In this document: positions 9,435 to 17,532 of the stretch, one piece after another | Numbering within the stretch: the first letter of the stretch is position 1 | Layout: every line of letters begins with the position of its first letter | The notes under the pieces: generated by a model | Databases searched by the model: none | The model's input: the letters and a program-made list of their open reading frames with translations, nothing else | What the model was told of the DNA's origin: nothing | Made by a program: the position numbers and the translations under genes | Origin: Coriobacteriia bacterium | GTDB taxonomy: Bacteria; Actinomycetota; Coriobacteriia; Anaerosomatales; SLCP01 | Reading direction: 5' to 3' | Length of the DNA: 64,000 bases | Assembly: GCA_007121015.1 (NCBI GenBank) | Contig: SKMN01000003.1 | Location: 4,413-68,412 of the forward strand

Positions 9435-10562
9435 TCAGCGCACGAGTTCGTCGATCGTCAAGAACACGTAGCCGCGTTCCTTGAGCTCTTCGATGAGCGG
9501 CGGCAGGAGTTCGACGGTCTGGCTCCGGTCGCCCCCGCCGTCGTGCAGCAACACGACGGAACCCGGCTTGATCTCGGCGAGCAGCCGATCGAGCATCACC
9601 TGCGTACCGGGACGCCGCCAGTCCTGCGGGTCGACGTCCCACATCACGACCTTCATACCGAGGCGCTCGGACTCCCGCATGATCTTGCTGTCGATGGCTC
9701 CGCCGGGTGGGCGGAACCACGTGGGCGTCACGGCGGTGACATCGCGGATCGCGCGGTTGCCCTCGATCATCTCACGGGTGACCGCCTCCAGCGGGACCCG
9801 TGTGAGTATCGGGTGACCGTACGTGTGATTGCCGATCGAGTGGCCCTCGTCGACCATCCGACGCGCGACGTCCGGGTATCGCTCCACGAGGTAACCGATC
9901 GGGAAGAACGTCGCGTGCACCTCGTGTTCGGCAAGGATGTCGAGGATCGCCTCGGTGTGTCCGGGCCACGGGCCATCGTCGAACGTGAGCGCAACGACGT
10001 TGGATCCTGGTTCCGGCACCCACCGGCGGACGACCATCGGCCGCATCGGCTCGGCGATGCGCGTGGAGACGAGCTTGCCGGACACCTCCCCGAGCACCGT
10101 CTCGCGCACGCCGGTCACGCCCGGGTTCTCGAGCGAGACGAGGGGGCCTTTGCCGGTGTGGAGCACCTCGACGGGGATCGGCGTATACGTCACCTCGAGC
10201 GATTCGGTGACGTCACTGCCGCGCCGCGTCGTGAGCCGGTCACCGTCGCTCAGGCGCACGGACGGATCGGCGACCCTCCCGTTGTGGAACACGGGCGCGG
10301 CCCGTCCTCCGCCGACCTCGAGCACCTCGCCTTCGACATCGAGCAGATCACCAGCGAGCGGCTGAAGCACGTCCTCGGCGAGCAGATTGCCGACCGTTGC
10401 GCCGAGCGGGACGTCGCGATGCTCGCCGCCTACCGTGACTCCGATGCGCATCGTCGGCGCGGCGAGAGCGAACACCGCCGCCGCCACGATGCACGCCAGC
10501 GCCACGTGCAACCGCGACGGGCGGTGCGGGTGGTTCCCTGTTGTCACCGTATAGCGCCCCAT
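9435..10562 (-). CDS. polysaccharide deacetylase (NodB homology domain) with N-terminal TM and beta-rich extracellular domains
   Basis: NodB motifs ALTFDDGPW, HSIGNHTYGHP and RPPGG are present. The N-terminus has a TM anchor plus DUF348/G5-like segments. Confidence 0.85.
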   Translation of the reverse strand: MGRYTVTTGNHPHRPSRLHVALACIVAAAVFALAAPTMRIGVTVGGEHRDVPLGATVGNLLAEDVLQPLAGDLLDVEGEVLEVGGGRAAPVFHNGRVADPSVRLSDGDRLTTRRGSDVTESLEVTYTPIPVEVLHTGKGPLVSLENPGVTGVRETVLGEVSGKLVSTRIAEPMRPMVVRRWVPEPGSNVVALTFDDGPWPGHTEAILDILAEHEVHATFFPIGYLVERYPDVARRMVDEGHSIGNHTYGHPILTRVPLEAVTREMIEGNRAIRDVTAVTPTWFRPPGGAIDSKIMRESERLGMKVVMWDVDPQDWRRPGTQVMLDRLLAEIKPGSVVLLHDGGGDRSQTVELLPPLIEELKERGYVFLTIDELVR

Positions 10563-10572
10563 AGGTGCAGGA

Positions 10573-11094
10573 TCACTGCGATATCCGTGCCACCGTCGCC
10601 CCGGTCACACCGAGAAGTTGCGACAGGCGCATGCGCACCATCGACGAGGGTGTCCCGGCGGCCGGATACACGATATCGAAACGGTCGAGCGAGTCGTCGG
10701 CGAGTATCGTGAGCCCTTCAGGTAACGCGAACGGCGAGACCCCGCCGATCGCGTACCCCGTCGCCTCGCGCACGGTGTCCGCATCCGCGAAGTGAGCCTC
10801 CTCGGCGCCGAGGAGTGCGGCGATCGCCACGCCGTCACCCCGACGGTCGCCGGCCACGAGCGCAAGCACCGTGGTGTCCCCCGCAACGAACACGAGTGAC
10901 TTGACGATCTGCCCGAGTTCGCAGCCCATCGCATCGGCGGCCATCTGCGCGGTCTTCGTCGACTGCTCGAACTCCACGATGTCCTCGACGATGCCGTGAT
11001 CGGCGAGGAACGTTCGTACGCGCGCAGCCGAACCCTTCTTGCCAGGAGCCTCGGAGGAAGATGACGGGTCGGTCACGGTGTCGGTTCCTTTCAC
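10573..11094 (-). CDS. YbaK/ProX-type aminoacyl-tRNA trans-editing deacylase domain protein
   Basis: The C-terminal ~150 aa carry KSLVF..., ..GYAIGGVSPF..., typical of the YbaK/INS editing fold. The start is placed at GTG 11094, which overlaps the TGA of the upstream GNAT gene (GTGA). The rest of the 322-aa ORF-track entry overlaps that gene. Confidence 0.7.
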   Translation of the reverse strand: MKGTDTVTDPSSSSEAPGKKGSAARVRTFLADHGIVEDIVEFEQSTKTAQMAADAMGCELGQIVKSLVFVAGDTTVLALVAGDRRGDGVAIAALLGAEEAHFADADTVREATGYAIGGVSPFALPEGLTILADDSLDRFDIVYPAAGTPSSMVRMRLSQLLGVTGATVARISQ

Positions 11095-11714
11095 TCGATC
11101 GAAGGTGTGGGAAGACGCCTGAGCAGCGGAAAGCGTAGTGATTCGAGTACCCCCTCGAGGTTCTCGCCGAGGACCGCGAGCGAGCGCAGGTCGAGACGCA
11201 TGAGCGGGTAGTGCGGGTGTGGCCGGTCGACCGTGAAGCCGTGCCTGAGCAGGAACTCCATGCCCACCATCGGCACCGCGCGCATATCGGCCTTCCGGGC
11301 GAGCGCGTACGCGTAGACCCGTCGCTCCCGTCGCGAGTGCAGGTCCTTCAACGCGGCTTGGAGGAGTAGTCGTCCCAGACCTCGGCTCCGAGCATCGTCG
11401 TGGATGTGAAGACACGCTATGAGGGCGGCGTCGGCGTCGGGCGCTCCGGTCGGCATGTGTCGCGCCTGAGGGAAGTAACCTGTCGGCGCGTACTTGATGA
11501 AGCCGAGCACCTGTCCGTCGTCGAGTGCGACACGCCCGCACTCACCCCACTGCTCGTGGACGCTGGCGAACCAGTCGCGCTGCGCGGACGGATCGCACGT
11601 CGAGCCGCAGACGATCTCTTGGAGCTCGACCGACTCCCAGAACATGCACCCGGCACATACGTGGTCGACCTTGGGCATGTCCGCGGCAGCGAGGCCTGTG
11701 AGCCTCCTACTCAC
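11091..11714 (-). CDS. GNAT family N-acetyltransferase with Cys-rich N-terminus
   Basis: The acetyl-CoA motif ARSRGLGRLLL and the C-terminal FLLRHGF are present, with an N-terminal HVCAGCMFWE...CGSTC cysteine cluster. The GTG start shares 1 nt with the TAG stop of the PRC-barrel gene. Confidence 0.7.
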   Translation of the reverse strand: MSRRLTGLAAADMPKVDHVCAGCMFWESVELQEIVCGSTCDPSAQRDWFASVHEQWGECGRVALDDGQVLGFIKYAPTGYFPQARHMPTGAPDADAALIACLHIHDDARSRGLGRLLLQAALKDLHSRRERRVYAYALARKADMRAVPMVGMEFLLRHGFTVDRPHPHYPLMRLDLRSLAVLGENLEGVLESLRFPLLRRLPTPSIE

Positions 11715-12421
11715 TAGCGACGCTCCTCGTCGTTCATGCCTTGCTTGACGCCCTCGAGGAAGCCTTTGAGTGCGCCTTTAGGATGTCGCTTCGCTCGCGA
11801 GCGGCGTAGCGCACGGACTGTTGCAACGCCAGCCGTAACCACGCCCTTCTCGGTGACCTTCGCGACACGCTGCACCGAGACCTTTGCAGCAGCCGCACTC
11901 CGGCCCGCCCCCGCCGCGAGGCCGCCAGTGAACGCCGTGCCGAGGAACTCGTCTGAGACCCGCACCGCCTCGCCGTCGAACTCGCGCAGGAACGCCGCAG
12001 GCACCTCTCGCCTGCCCACGGCCGTGTCCCGCACCGCGCCACCGGTCACGAGCAGACTGATGATGCGCCCCTCGGCATCGAGATCGGCGTCATCGACGTT
12101 CCCGATGTGGGTGTCGTCCTCGGTGAGCACGGGCATACCGCGCCACACCACGGTCCGCTCCCAGTCGATGCCCGCCCGCGTGCCGCCCTCGCGCTCGAGG
12201 CGCCCTCCGGGCAGGACGCGGACGCCTGAACGTTTGAGGCTCGCCTGACGTGTCGAGATGTACCGGCGCGGCCGCTCGATAAGGTAGAGGAACGGGCGCA
12301 TCCGCACCTCGACACCCACGAGCACCGGCTCTGCCGGGTCGAACACGCATCGCTCCACCTTACCGACCGCCCGATCGCGCGCGTCGATGACCGGTACACC
12401 CTCGAATTCGCTCAGACGCAT
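11714..12421 (-). CDS. PRC-barrel domain-containing protein
   Basis: Two PRC-barrel-like segments are present (GVPVIDARDRAVGKVERCVFDP; GMPVLTEDDTHIGNVDDADLD), followed by a basic C-terminal tail. Confidence 0.6.
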   Translation of the reverse strand: MRLSEFEGVPVIDARDRAVGKVERCVFDPAEPVLVGVEVRMRPFLYLIERPRRYISTRQASLKRSGVRVLPGGRLEREGGTRAGIDWERTVVWRGMPVLTEDDTHIGNVDDADLDAEGRIISLLVTGGAVRDTAVGRREVPAAFLREFDGEAVRVSDEFLGTAFTGGLAAGAGRSAAAAKVSVQRVAKVTEKGVVTAGVATVRALRRSRAKRHPKGALKGFLEGVKQGMNDEERR

Positions 12422-12456
12422 AGTGGGACCTTCGCCTTCGTCGCTTGCACGCTAAA

Positions 12457-12487
12457 CAGGCCGGCCGCCGCGAACGGGACCGGCCTG
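12457..12487 (-). terminator. hairpin downstream of ytxH (weak intrinsic terminator)
   Basis: The stem CAGGCCGG...CCGGCCTG is followed on the minus strand by only TTTAGCG, so the U-tract is poor. Confidence 0.35.
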
Positions 12488-12510
12488 CGTACTATAATCT
12501 CACGTATGAC

Positions 12511-12984
12511 TCAGGCTTTGGAGGCTGTGCCCCCGCCGGACTTCTTCGTCTTCTCCTCGACGGCCTCGAGAGTCTCGTCCGCTTTGGCCTCAGCCGCATC
12601 GATGCCGGCCTTCACGGCCGCCCCGGCCTGTCCCACTTTCTCTTTGGCAGCCGGCACTGACGTGGCGACCTTCTCACGCGCCGTCTCGCCGGCACTGCCC
12701 ACCTGGTCCTTGAGACGCTCACGCGCCGAGTCGATCTTGTCGCGGAGCTCCTCGGCCTTGTCGGTGGCCGTGTCTCGACCCTGCTCGTAGACCTCGGTGA
12801 CCTTGGTCTTGCCGGTCTCGTAGAGACCCTTACCCTCGTCGAGATACTTCTGCGTGGTCTCGACTACCATCTCGCGGTTCTCCCTGCCCGAGCGGGGCGA
12901 GAACAGCAGGCCGAGCGCTGCGCCCACTATGCCGCCGAGGAGGAACGCCCCGATGACACTTCCACCATTCCGCCGATCATACAT
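12511..12984 (-). CDS. YtxH domain-containing (general stress) protein
   Basis: N-terminal GAFLLGGIVGAALGLLFSPRSGRENRE is the YtxH signature. The rest is a Lys/Glu/Ala-rich helical region. Confidence 0.8.
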   Translation of the reverse strand: MYDRRNGGSVIGAFLLGGIVGAALGLLFSPRSGRENREMVVETTQKYLDEGKGLYETGKTKVTEVYEQGRDTATDKAEELRDKIDSARERLKDQVGSAGETAREKVATSVPAAKEKVGQAGAAVKAGIDAAEAKADETLEAVEEKTKKSGGGTASKA

Positions 12985-13061
12985 ACCTCATGCACCTCCG
13001 TTGGAACGAACCGGACATGTTCTCAAAGTCAGTACTCATGTACATACCCGAACGCGCACCA

Positions 13062-14024
13062 TCATCCCGCCGTCGTGCCACGGCGGGAGAGTGCTCCAGA
13101 CACCACTCTTTCTACCACATCTTGGAAACTCATGTCGCGCGCCTCGGCAGCCATCGGCAAGAGTGAGGTCTCGGTCATACCTGGTGACGTGTTGCACTCG
13201 AGCACCCATACGTCTCCGTCGGCGTCGACCACCATGTCGGCCCGGCTCACGTCGCGGCAGCCGAGCAGTTCGTGCACCTCCCGCGCGAGCCGCTCGATCG
13301 TCGCCGTCGTCTCGGGCTCTAGCCGGGCAGGCACGTAGTAGTCGGTCTCACCGGGCGTGTACATGGCGTTGAAGTCGAATAGCCCGCTCTTCGCCTCGAT
13401 CTCGACGGGAGGGAGCACCTCAGGCCCGTCCGGGCCGTCGAGGACGCTCACAGCGAGTTCGGCACCCACGATCCACTTCTCGACCAGCGCTGCGTCCGCG
13501 TACGAGAGCGCCGAAAGCAGCGCCTCAGCGAGGTCCTCGGGGAACTCTACCCGCGTGAGCCCGAGCGCGGAGCCCTGCTTCGACGGCTTCACGACCAGGG
13601 GGAACCCGCCTGCGACTCCCGGCACGAGGTCGAGCGCGGTGGCGGCGCCCATCTCCTTGAACGCGTCGGCGGTGAGCGTGATCCACGGCGGCGTGGGAAT
13701 GCCGGCGTCGACGAACAGCCGCTTGGCGACCGACTTGTCCCACGCGAGCGCAGACGCGGTCACGCCGGGCCCCGTATACGGTATGCCGAGGAACTCGAGC
13801 AGCTCCTGGATGGTGCCGTCCTCGCCGTACTTCCCGTGAAGCGCGATGTAGCACGCGTCGGGGCGTTCGGCGCGCAGCGTCGGCACGAGTTCGGCGGTCA
13901 CATCGAGCGGGAGAACGCGATAACCGCGGGCGGTGAGTGCTTCTGTCACGCGTTTGCCGCTCGCGAGCGAAACCTCGCGCTCGAGCGAACGTCCTCCCAT
14001 GAGCACGGCGATCTTCTCTCTCAT
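13062..14024 (-). CDS. ddl: D-alanine--D-alanine ligase
   Basis: 320 aa of ATP-grasp type: MREKIAVLMGGRSLEREVSLASG..., HGKYGEDGTIQELLE, ...LECNTSPGMT. The ATG overlaps the upstream aminotransferase stop (ATGA). Confidence 0.9.
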   Translation of the reverse strand: MREKIAVLMGGRSLEREVSLASGKRVTEALTARGYRVLPLDVTAELVPTLRAERPDACYIALHGKYGEDGTIQELLEFLGIPYTGPGVTASALAWDKSVAKRLFVDAGIPTPPWITLTADAFKEMGAATALDLVPGVAGGFPLVVKPSKQGSALGLTRVEFPEDLAEALLSALSYADAALVEKWIVGAELAVSVLDGPDGPEVLPPVEIEAKSGLFDFNAMYTPGETDYYVPARLEPETTATIERLAREVHELLGCRDVSRADMVVDADGDVWVLECNTSPGMTETSLLPMAAEARDMSFQDVVERVVSGALSRRGTTAG

Positions 14025-15292
14025 GCTGCCCCTCCCTCGACTGCGGGCAGCGCGCCCGCGGTGATGAACGCGCGGTACAGGCCGAGACGGTCCTCGATGA
14101 CCTCCGCGAGCCTCCGGATGCCTGCTTCGATGGCCGCCGGCTCAGCGTAGCAGAAGGCGAGCCGCATGCAGTTGCGACCACGACCGTCGGGGTAGAACGC
14201 CGAGCCGGGCACGAACGTGACCCCGTGCTCCACCGCTTCTGCGAGAAGGGTGTTCGCGTCGAGGAACTCGGGCATCTCGGCCCACACGAAGAACCCCCCT
14301 TCCGGGTGCGTCCAGCTCACCTCGGCAGGGAAGTGCTCTTCGAGCGCGGACAGCATCGCGTCGCGTCGCTCGGCGTAGGTGCGCGTGAGGCCCTGGAGAA
14401 CGCGGCGCCAGCGGGTGCCGGCGAAGTAGCGCTCCGCGGTGACCTGCGCGTATGCGCTGCCGCAGAGGTCGGCAGCCTGCTTGGCGAGGAGCACCTTGGC
14501 CAGGATGGGGTGCGGGGCGGTCATCCAGCCGAGCCGGAGCCCAGGCGCGAAGATCTTCGAGAACGTGCCGAGGTAGATGACATCGTCGTCGAGCGCACGG
14601 AGCGGCTTGACGTGTCCGCCCTCGAAGCGAAGGCGCCCGTACGGGTCGTCCTCGATGACGGGGATGTCGTATTCGCGCGCGAGCTCGAGGAGGCGGCGTC
14701 GGCGCTCGGGTAGCAGGGTCACTCCTGCGGGGTTCTGGAAGTTGGGGATGGTGTAGATGAACTTCGCCCCGCGCGGACCGAGCCGGGCGAGCTCGACCTC
14801 GAGGAGGTCGATGCGCATGCCGCCGTGGTCCATCTCGACGCACACCACGTCGGGCTGGTACGCCGAGAACGCCTGGAGTGCGCCGACGTAGGTGGGGCCC
14901 TCGGCGATGACCACGTCGCCCGGGTCGAGGAACACCTTCGCGAGCAGGTCGAGGCCCTGCTGCGCGCCTGCGGTCACGATGATGTCGTCTGCAGGGAGGC
15001 GCACGCCGATCTCGGCCATGAGCTCGACGATCGTCGCGCGAAGCGCGGGACGGCCCTCGCTCGAGCCGTACTGGAGAGCGGTCGCGCCCTCGTAGAGCAC
15101 GGCGTCGCGCGCGGCCGCCGCGACCGCCTCGGTGGGCACCCCGCCAAGGTCAGGCATCCCGCCGGCGAAGCTGATCATGTCGGGACGGCTAGCGGCGGCG
15201 AAAAGGTCGCGCACCGCGCTCGAGCGTACGTCGGTCATGCGCGCGGCGTAACGGCCGTCCCACCGGTCGAACACGATTCTCGCGGTACCCAT
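14021..15292 (-). CDS. PLP-dependent aminotransferase, class I/II fold (substrate unknown)
   Basis: The PLP-lysine motif SFSKIFAPGLRLGW and an N-terminal ISFAGGMPD are present. The start is moved to ATG 15292, preceded by a GAGGAGAGAG SD. It lies directly downstream of the T-box terminator. Confidence 0.8.
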   Translation of the reverse strand: MGTARIVFDRWDGRYAARMTDVRSSAVRDLFAAASRPDMISFAGGMPDLGGVPTEAVAAAARDAVLYEGATALQYGSSEGRPALRATIVELMAEIGVRLPADDIIVTAGAQQGLDLLAKVFLDPGDVVIAEGPTYVGALQAFSAYQPDVVCVEMDHGGMRIDLLEVELARLGPRGAKFIYTIPNFQNPAGVTLLPERRRRLLELAREYDIPVIEDDPYGRLRFEGGHVKPLRALDDDVIYLGTFSKIFAPGLRLGWMTAPHPILAKVLLAKQAADLCGSAYAQVTAERYFAGTRWRRVLQGLTRTYAERRDAMLSALEEHFPAEVSWTHPEGGFFVWAEMPEFLDANTLLAEAVEHGVTFVPGSAFYPDGRGRNCMRLAFCYAEPAAIEAGIRRLAEVIEDRLGLYRAFITAGALPAVEGGAA

Positions 15293-15315
15293 CGTCTCTC
15301 TCCTCATCGGTCGGA

Positions 15316-15351
15316 GAAAACACAAAGCCCCTCCCGGATAGGGCGAGGGGC
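15316..15351 (-). terminator. intrinsic terminator of the T-box leader
   Basis: On the minus strand, GCCCCUC-GCCCUAUCCGG-GAGGGGC is followed by UUUGUGUUUUC. The 5' half overlaps the antiterminator helices. Confidence 0.8.
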
Positions 15352-15720
15352 TCGTCGCGGTACCACCTATCTTCGCCCGCCTGACGTGACGCGCCCTCGA
15401 CCTCCGGTGGCGCGCCCGCTCGCGCGGGCCTCGTTAGTGCCGGGATACCGGTCCGGCGCCGACCCGCTTCCGGCGGCCTGTGTCGGCGGGCCGCCCTGGC
15501 GGGGGAGTCTCGGAGGGGTGGCTGGGCGGATGATGCCCTCTTCCCTCACGTCCGTTGTGTTCGCTATTCGCCCCGGGACAGCACCCGAGGTTACGGCGAA
15601 GGGTAGCACCGCTCGCCTCGGAGGGTCAAACACCGCCGTATCGGCCCGTGTCCGCCGGGCAGCTGAGGGCGACGCCGGACCGCCCGTCACGACCTTCCGT
15701 CGTGATCATCGCGAAGTCGC
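15316..15720 (-). promoter_or_regulatory. T-box leader (tRNA-sensing riboswitch) controlling the aminotransferase-ddl operon
   Basis: The conserved T-box core GGUGGUACCGCG lies at 15356-15367. The antiterminator is AUAGG/CCUAU, a 7-nt bulge UGGUACC and GCGA/UCGC (15338-15370). A mutually exclusive terminator is present. A long upstream helix (GGGCGG/CCGCCC plus GCCCUC/GAGGGC, 15524-15685) could be Stem I. The 5' boundary is approximate. Confidence 0.8.
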
Positions 15721-15738
15721 GGTTACCTCCACCCGGCA

Positions 15739-15773
15739 ACGGGTAGACCCGAATCACGGGTAGGCCCCGAATC
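15739..15773. repeat. tandem imperfect direct repeat (17/18 nt x2)
   Basis: On the plus strand, ACGGGTAGACCCGAATC is followed by ACGGGTAGGCCCCGAATC. The pair sits just upstream (minus-strand sense) of the T-box leader. Confidence 0.6.
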
Positions 15774-15911
15774 ATTGCTAGCCGAGGACTCACGTGCGGC
15801 CACTGAGGCCACTCGATGACCGCCGGATAGTAGGGCCCACTTCAAGCCGCCGCCCCGGGGGGTGTCCCATGGCCTCTGTCGCCTTCATCGGTGGCAGAGG
15901 CCACTCGGTCT

Positions 15912-17369
15912 CTAGCCGAGGAATCGCCTCGCGAGCCCCGCACGCGTGACGAGATCGCTCATGTTCGCGGTCTGACCCTGCTCGAGATTCTCGCGCATAC
16001 GCCTGACGAGGTCGAGATGCTCTGCGTCAGGCACCGCGTCGAATCCGGCTGTCACGAGTGCGTCACGGAGCGGAGCGGTCATGAGCGGACCGTCGGGGTC
16101 GGCGTAGCGGAGTGCATCGTTCAACTTGGCGGCGAACGAGGGGTAGACCTCTTGCACGAAGATGAGGTCGCTTTCGGTAAGCGCCTCGAACGCTATGAGT
16201 TCTGGCGGCAGACCGAGTGAGTATAGGGCGCACGTGAACGAGATGGCTCGTGGAAGCGCTACCCCGCCGAGCTCCCGGGCGTAGCCGAACAGGCCGATGT
16301 GCAACTTGCGCGCCCGCCGTTTGGGAACGTACTTCGCCATCTGGTTGATCTGCGGAGCAAGCTCCACCACACGCGCCCGATACGCACGGCTGTAGCGCTC
16401 GATGATCTCGAGCGCGCGATCGATGTCGACAGCGCGTGGCGGCCCGATGTCGCGCGCCTTCAGGTACTCGCACGCCGCCCGTACCTCGGCCACGGGGTAG
16501 TCGAACTTGAACGCCGACTGGATGCTGAACGTGACTACGCTCGGATACTCCATGCCCACGCGCGTGGCGGTCGCAGGCGAGAGCCCGCCGCGGAAGGGCG
16601 CCGACCCCATGCCGAGGATCGGGTGTATGCCCACCCCCGTTCGCTCGGCCAGTTCACCGAGTCGTGCGAGCGCGACCTTGTTCGAGAGCGCGGCAGCCAC
16701 GAGCCCGTAGTTCATCGCGGTGTCCGAGCGAGCAAGAAAGACGCGTTGATCGGTGACGTCCTTGTCCGCGAGGTATTCCTCGACGATGTCGGCCGCGCGA
16801 ACCATGTTGGGCACGTCCTCGAAGAGCGGGATCACCTCGATCCGCTCGGGCAAGAACTCGCCGATCCACTCGGCGATCGTGATGTCGCCCGGGAACCGCG
16901 CGTGCTGCCTGCCGACGATGTGATCGGTGTAGTAGTGGTAGATGCGGTCGATGTCACGAGCCGAGGTGGTCATCGGCAAGATGACCTCGAAGATCGGGGC
17001 CACATCACGACCGTAGAAGAGGCGTGCGGCATCGTAGGAGCGCGGGATGCTCTCCAGCGTCTCGAGGAGGATCTTCGCCTCGGCCGTCTCGACGGTGGGG
17101 TTGGGCACGCGAAGCGTGAGCCGCAGGTCCTCGCCGAGCACCTGCTCGTGGAAGTACTCCGGGTAGTACGAGAGCAGCTTCTTGACGACGTAGGTGTCGA
17201 TCTCCTTGCCCTCGACGTCCCACATCTGCTCGTCACAGCCGAGGTGCGTGTACGCATAGTAGGCCTCGCGGATCTCGTCTTCGCCCGCGAGTACCGACGA
17301 TGCCGCGAAGAATGGGACCGACGCGTTATCGGGATGCTGGGTGCTCATGCAGTGCGGGACTGCCCTCAT
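15912..17369 (-). CDS. archaeal-type phosphoenolpyruvate carboxylase (PepcA family)
   Basis: The N-terminal CMSTQHPDN motif is characteristic of the atypical/archaeal PEPC family, and length and overall pattern are consistent. The start is placed at ATG 17369 (AGGAGG SD 5 nt upstream); the ORF-track start is 17405. Confidence 0.75.
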   Translation of the reverse strand: MRAVPHCMSTQHPDNASVPFFAASSVLAGEDEIREAYYAYTHLGCDEQMWDVEGKEIDTYVVKKLLSYYPEYFHEQVLGEDLRLTLRVPNPTVETAEAKILLETLESIPRSYDAARLFYGRDVAPIFEVILPMTTSARDIDRIYHYYTDHIVGRQHARFPGDITIAEWIGEFLPERIEVIPLFEDVPNMVRAADIVEEYLADKDVTDQRVFLARSDTAMNYGLVAAALSNKVALARLGELAERTGVGIHPILGMGSAPFRGGLSPATATRVGMEYPSVVTFSIQSAFKFDYPVAEVRAACEYLKARDIGPPRAVDIDRALEIIERYSRAYRARVVELAPQINQMAKYVPKRRARKLHIGLFGYARELGGVALPRAISFTCALYSLGLPPELIAFEALTESDLIFVQEVYPSFAAKLNDALRYADPDGPLMTAPLRDALVTAGFDAVPDAEHLDLVRRMRENLEQGQTANMSDLVTRAGLARRFLG

Positions 17370-17532
17370 CGCCGCCTCCTGTCGTGGAGTGCTCGAACCG
17401 GTCATGGTGAATAGGGTTCGAAGTAGATGTCCCCATCATCGCCGTGGTACGGACACCCGCGCCGCGACCCGGCTCGGGACAGAGGCGCTGCCGGGATATC
17501 GCGAGGGACGCTGATGCCCTACGGCAGTTTAG

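Noticed and set aside
12490-12790. A perfect TATAAT at about 12492-12497 followed by a 94-aa plus-strand ORF (12506-12790).
   Set aside because: The ORF is antisense to the well-supported ytxH gene and has a Ser/Ala-rich shadow composition. The hexamer alone is insufficient evidence for a gene, although an antisense transcript cannot be excluded.
15330-15911. Whether this ~580-nt non-coding stretch is RNase P RNA, tmRNA, SRP RNA or a cobalamin riboswitch (a GCCACTG string lies near 15799).
   Set aside because: None of the diagnostic blocks is present on either strand: GAGGAAAGUCCGG and ACAGAACCCGGCUUA for RNase P, the tRNA-like UCCACCA 3' end for tmRNA, and the GGAAGCAGCC-type SRP loop. The GCCACTG has no accompanying B12-box context. 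The 3' part is instead explained by the T-box.
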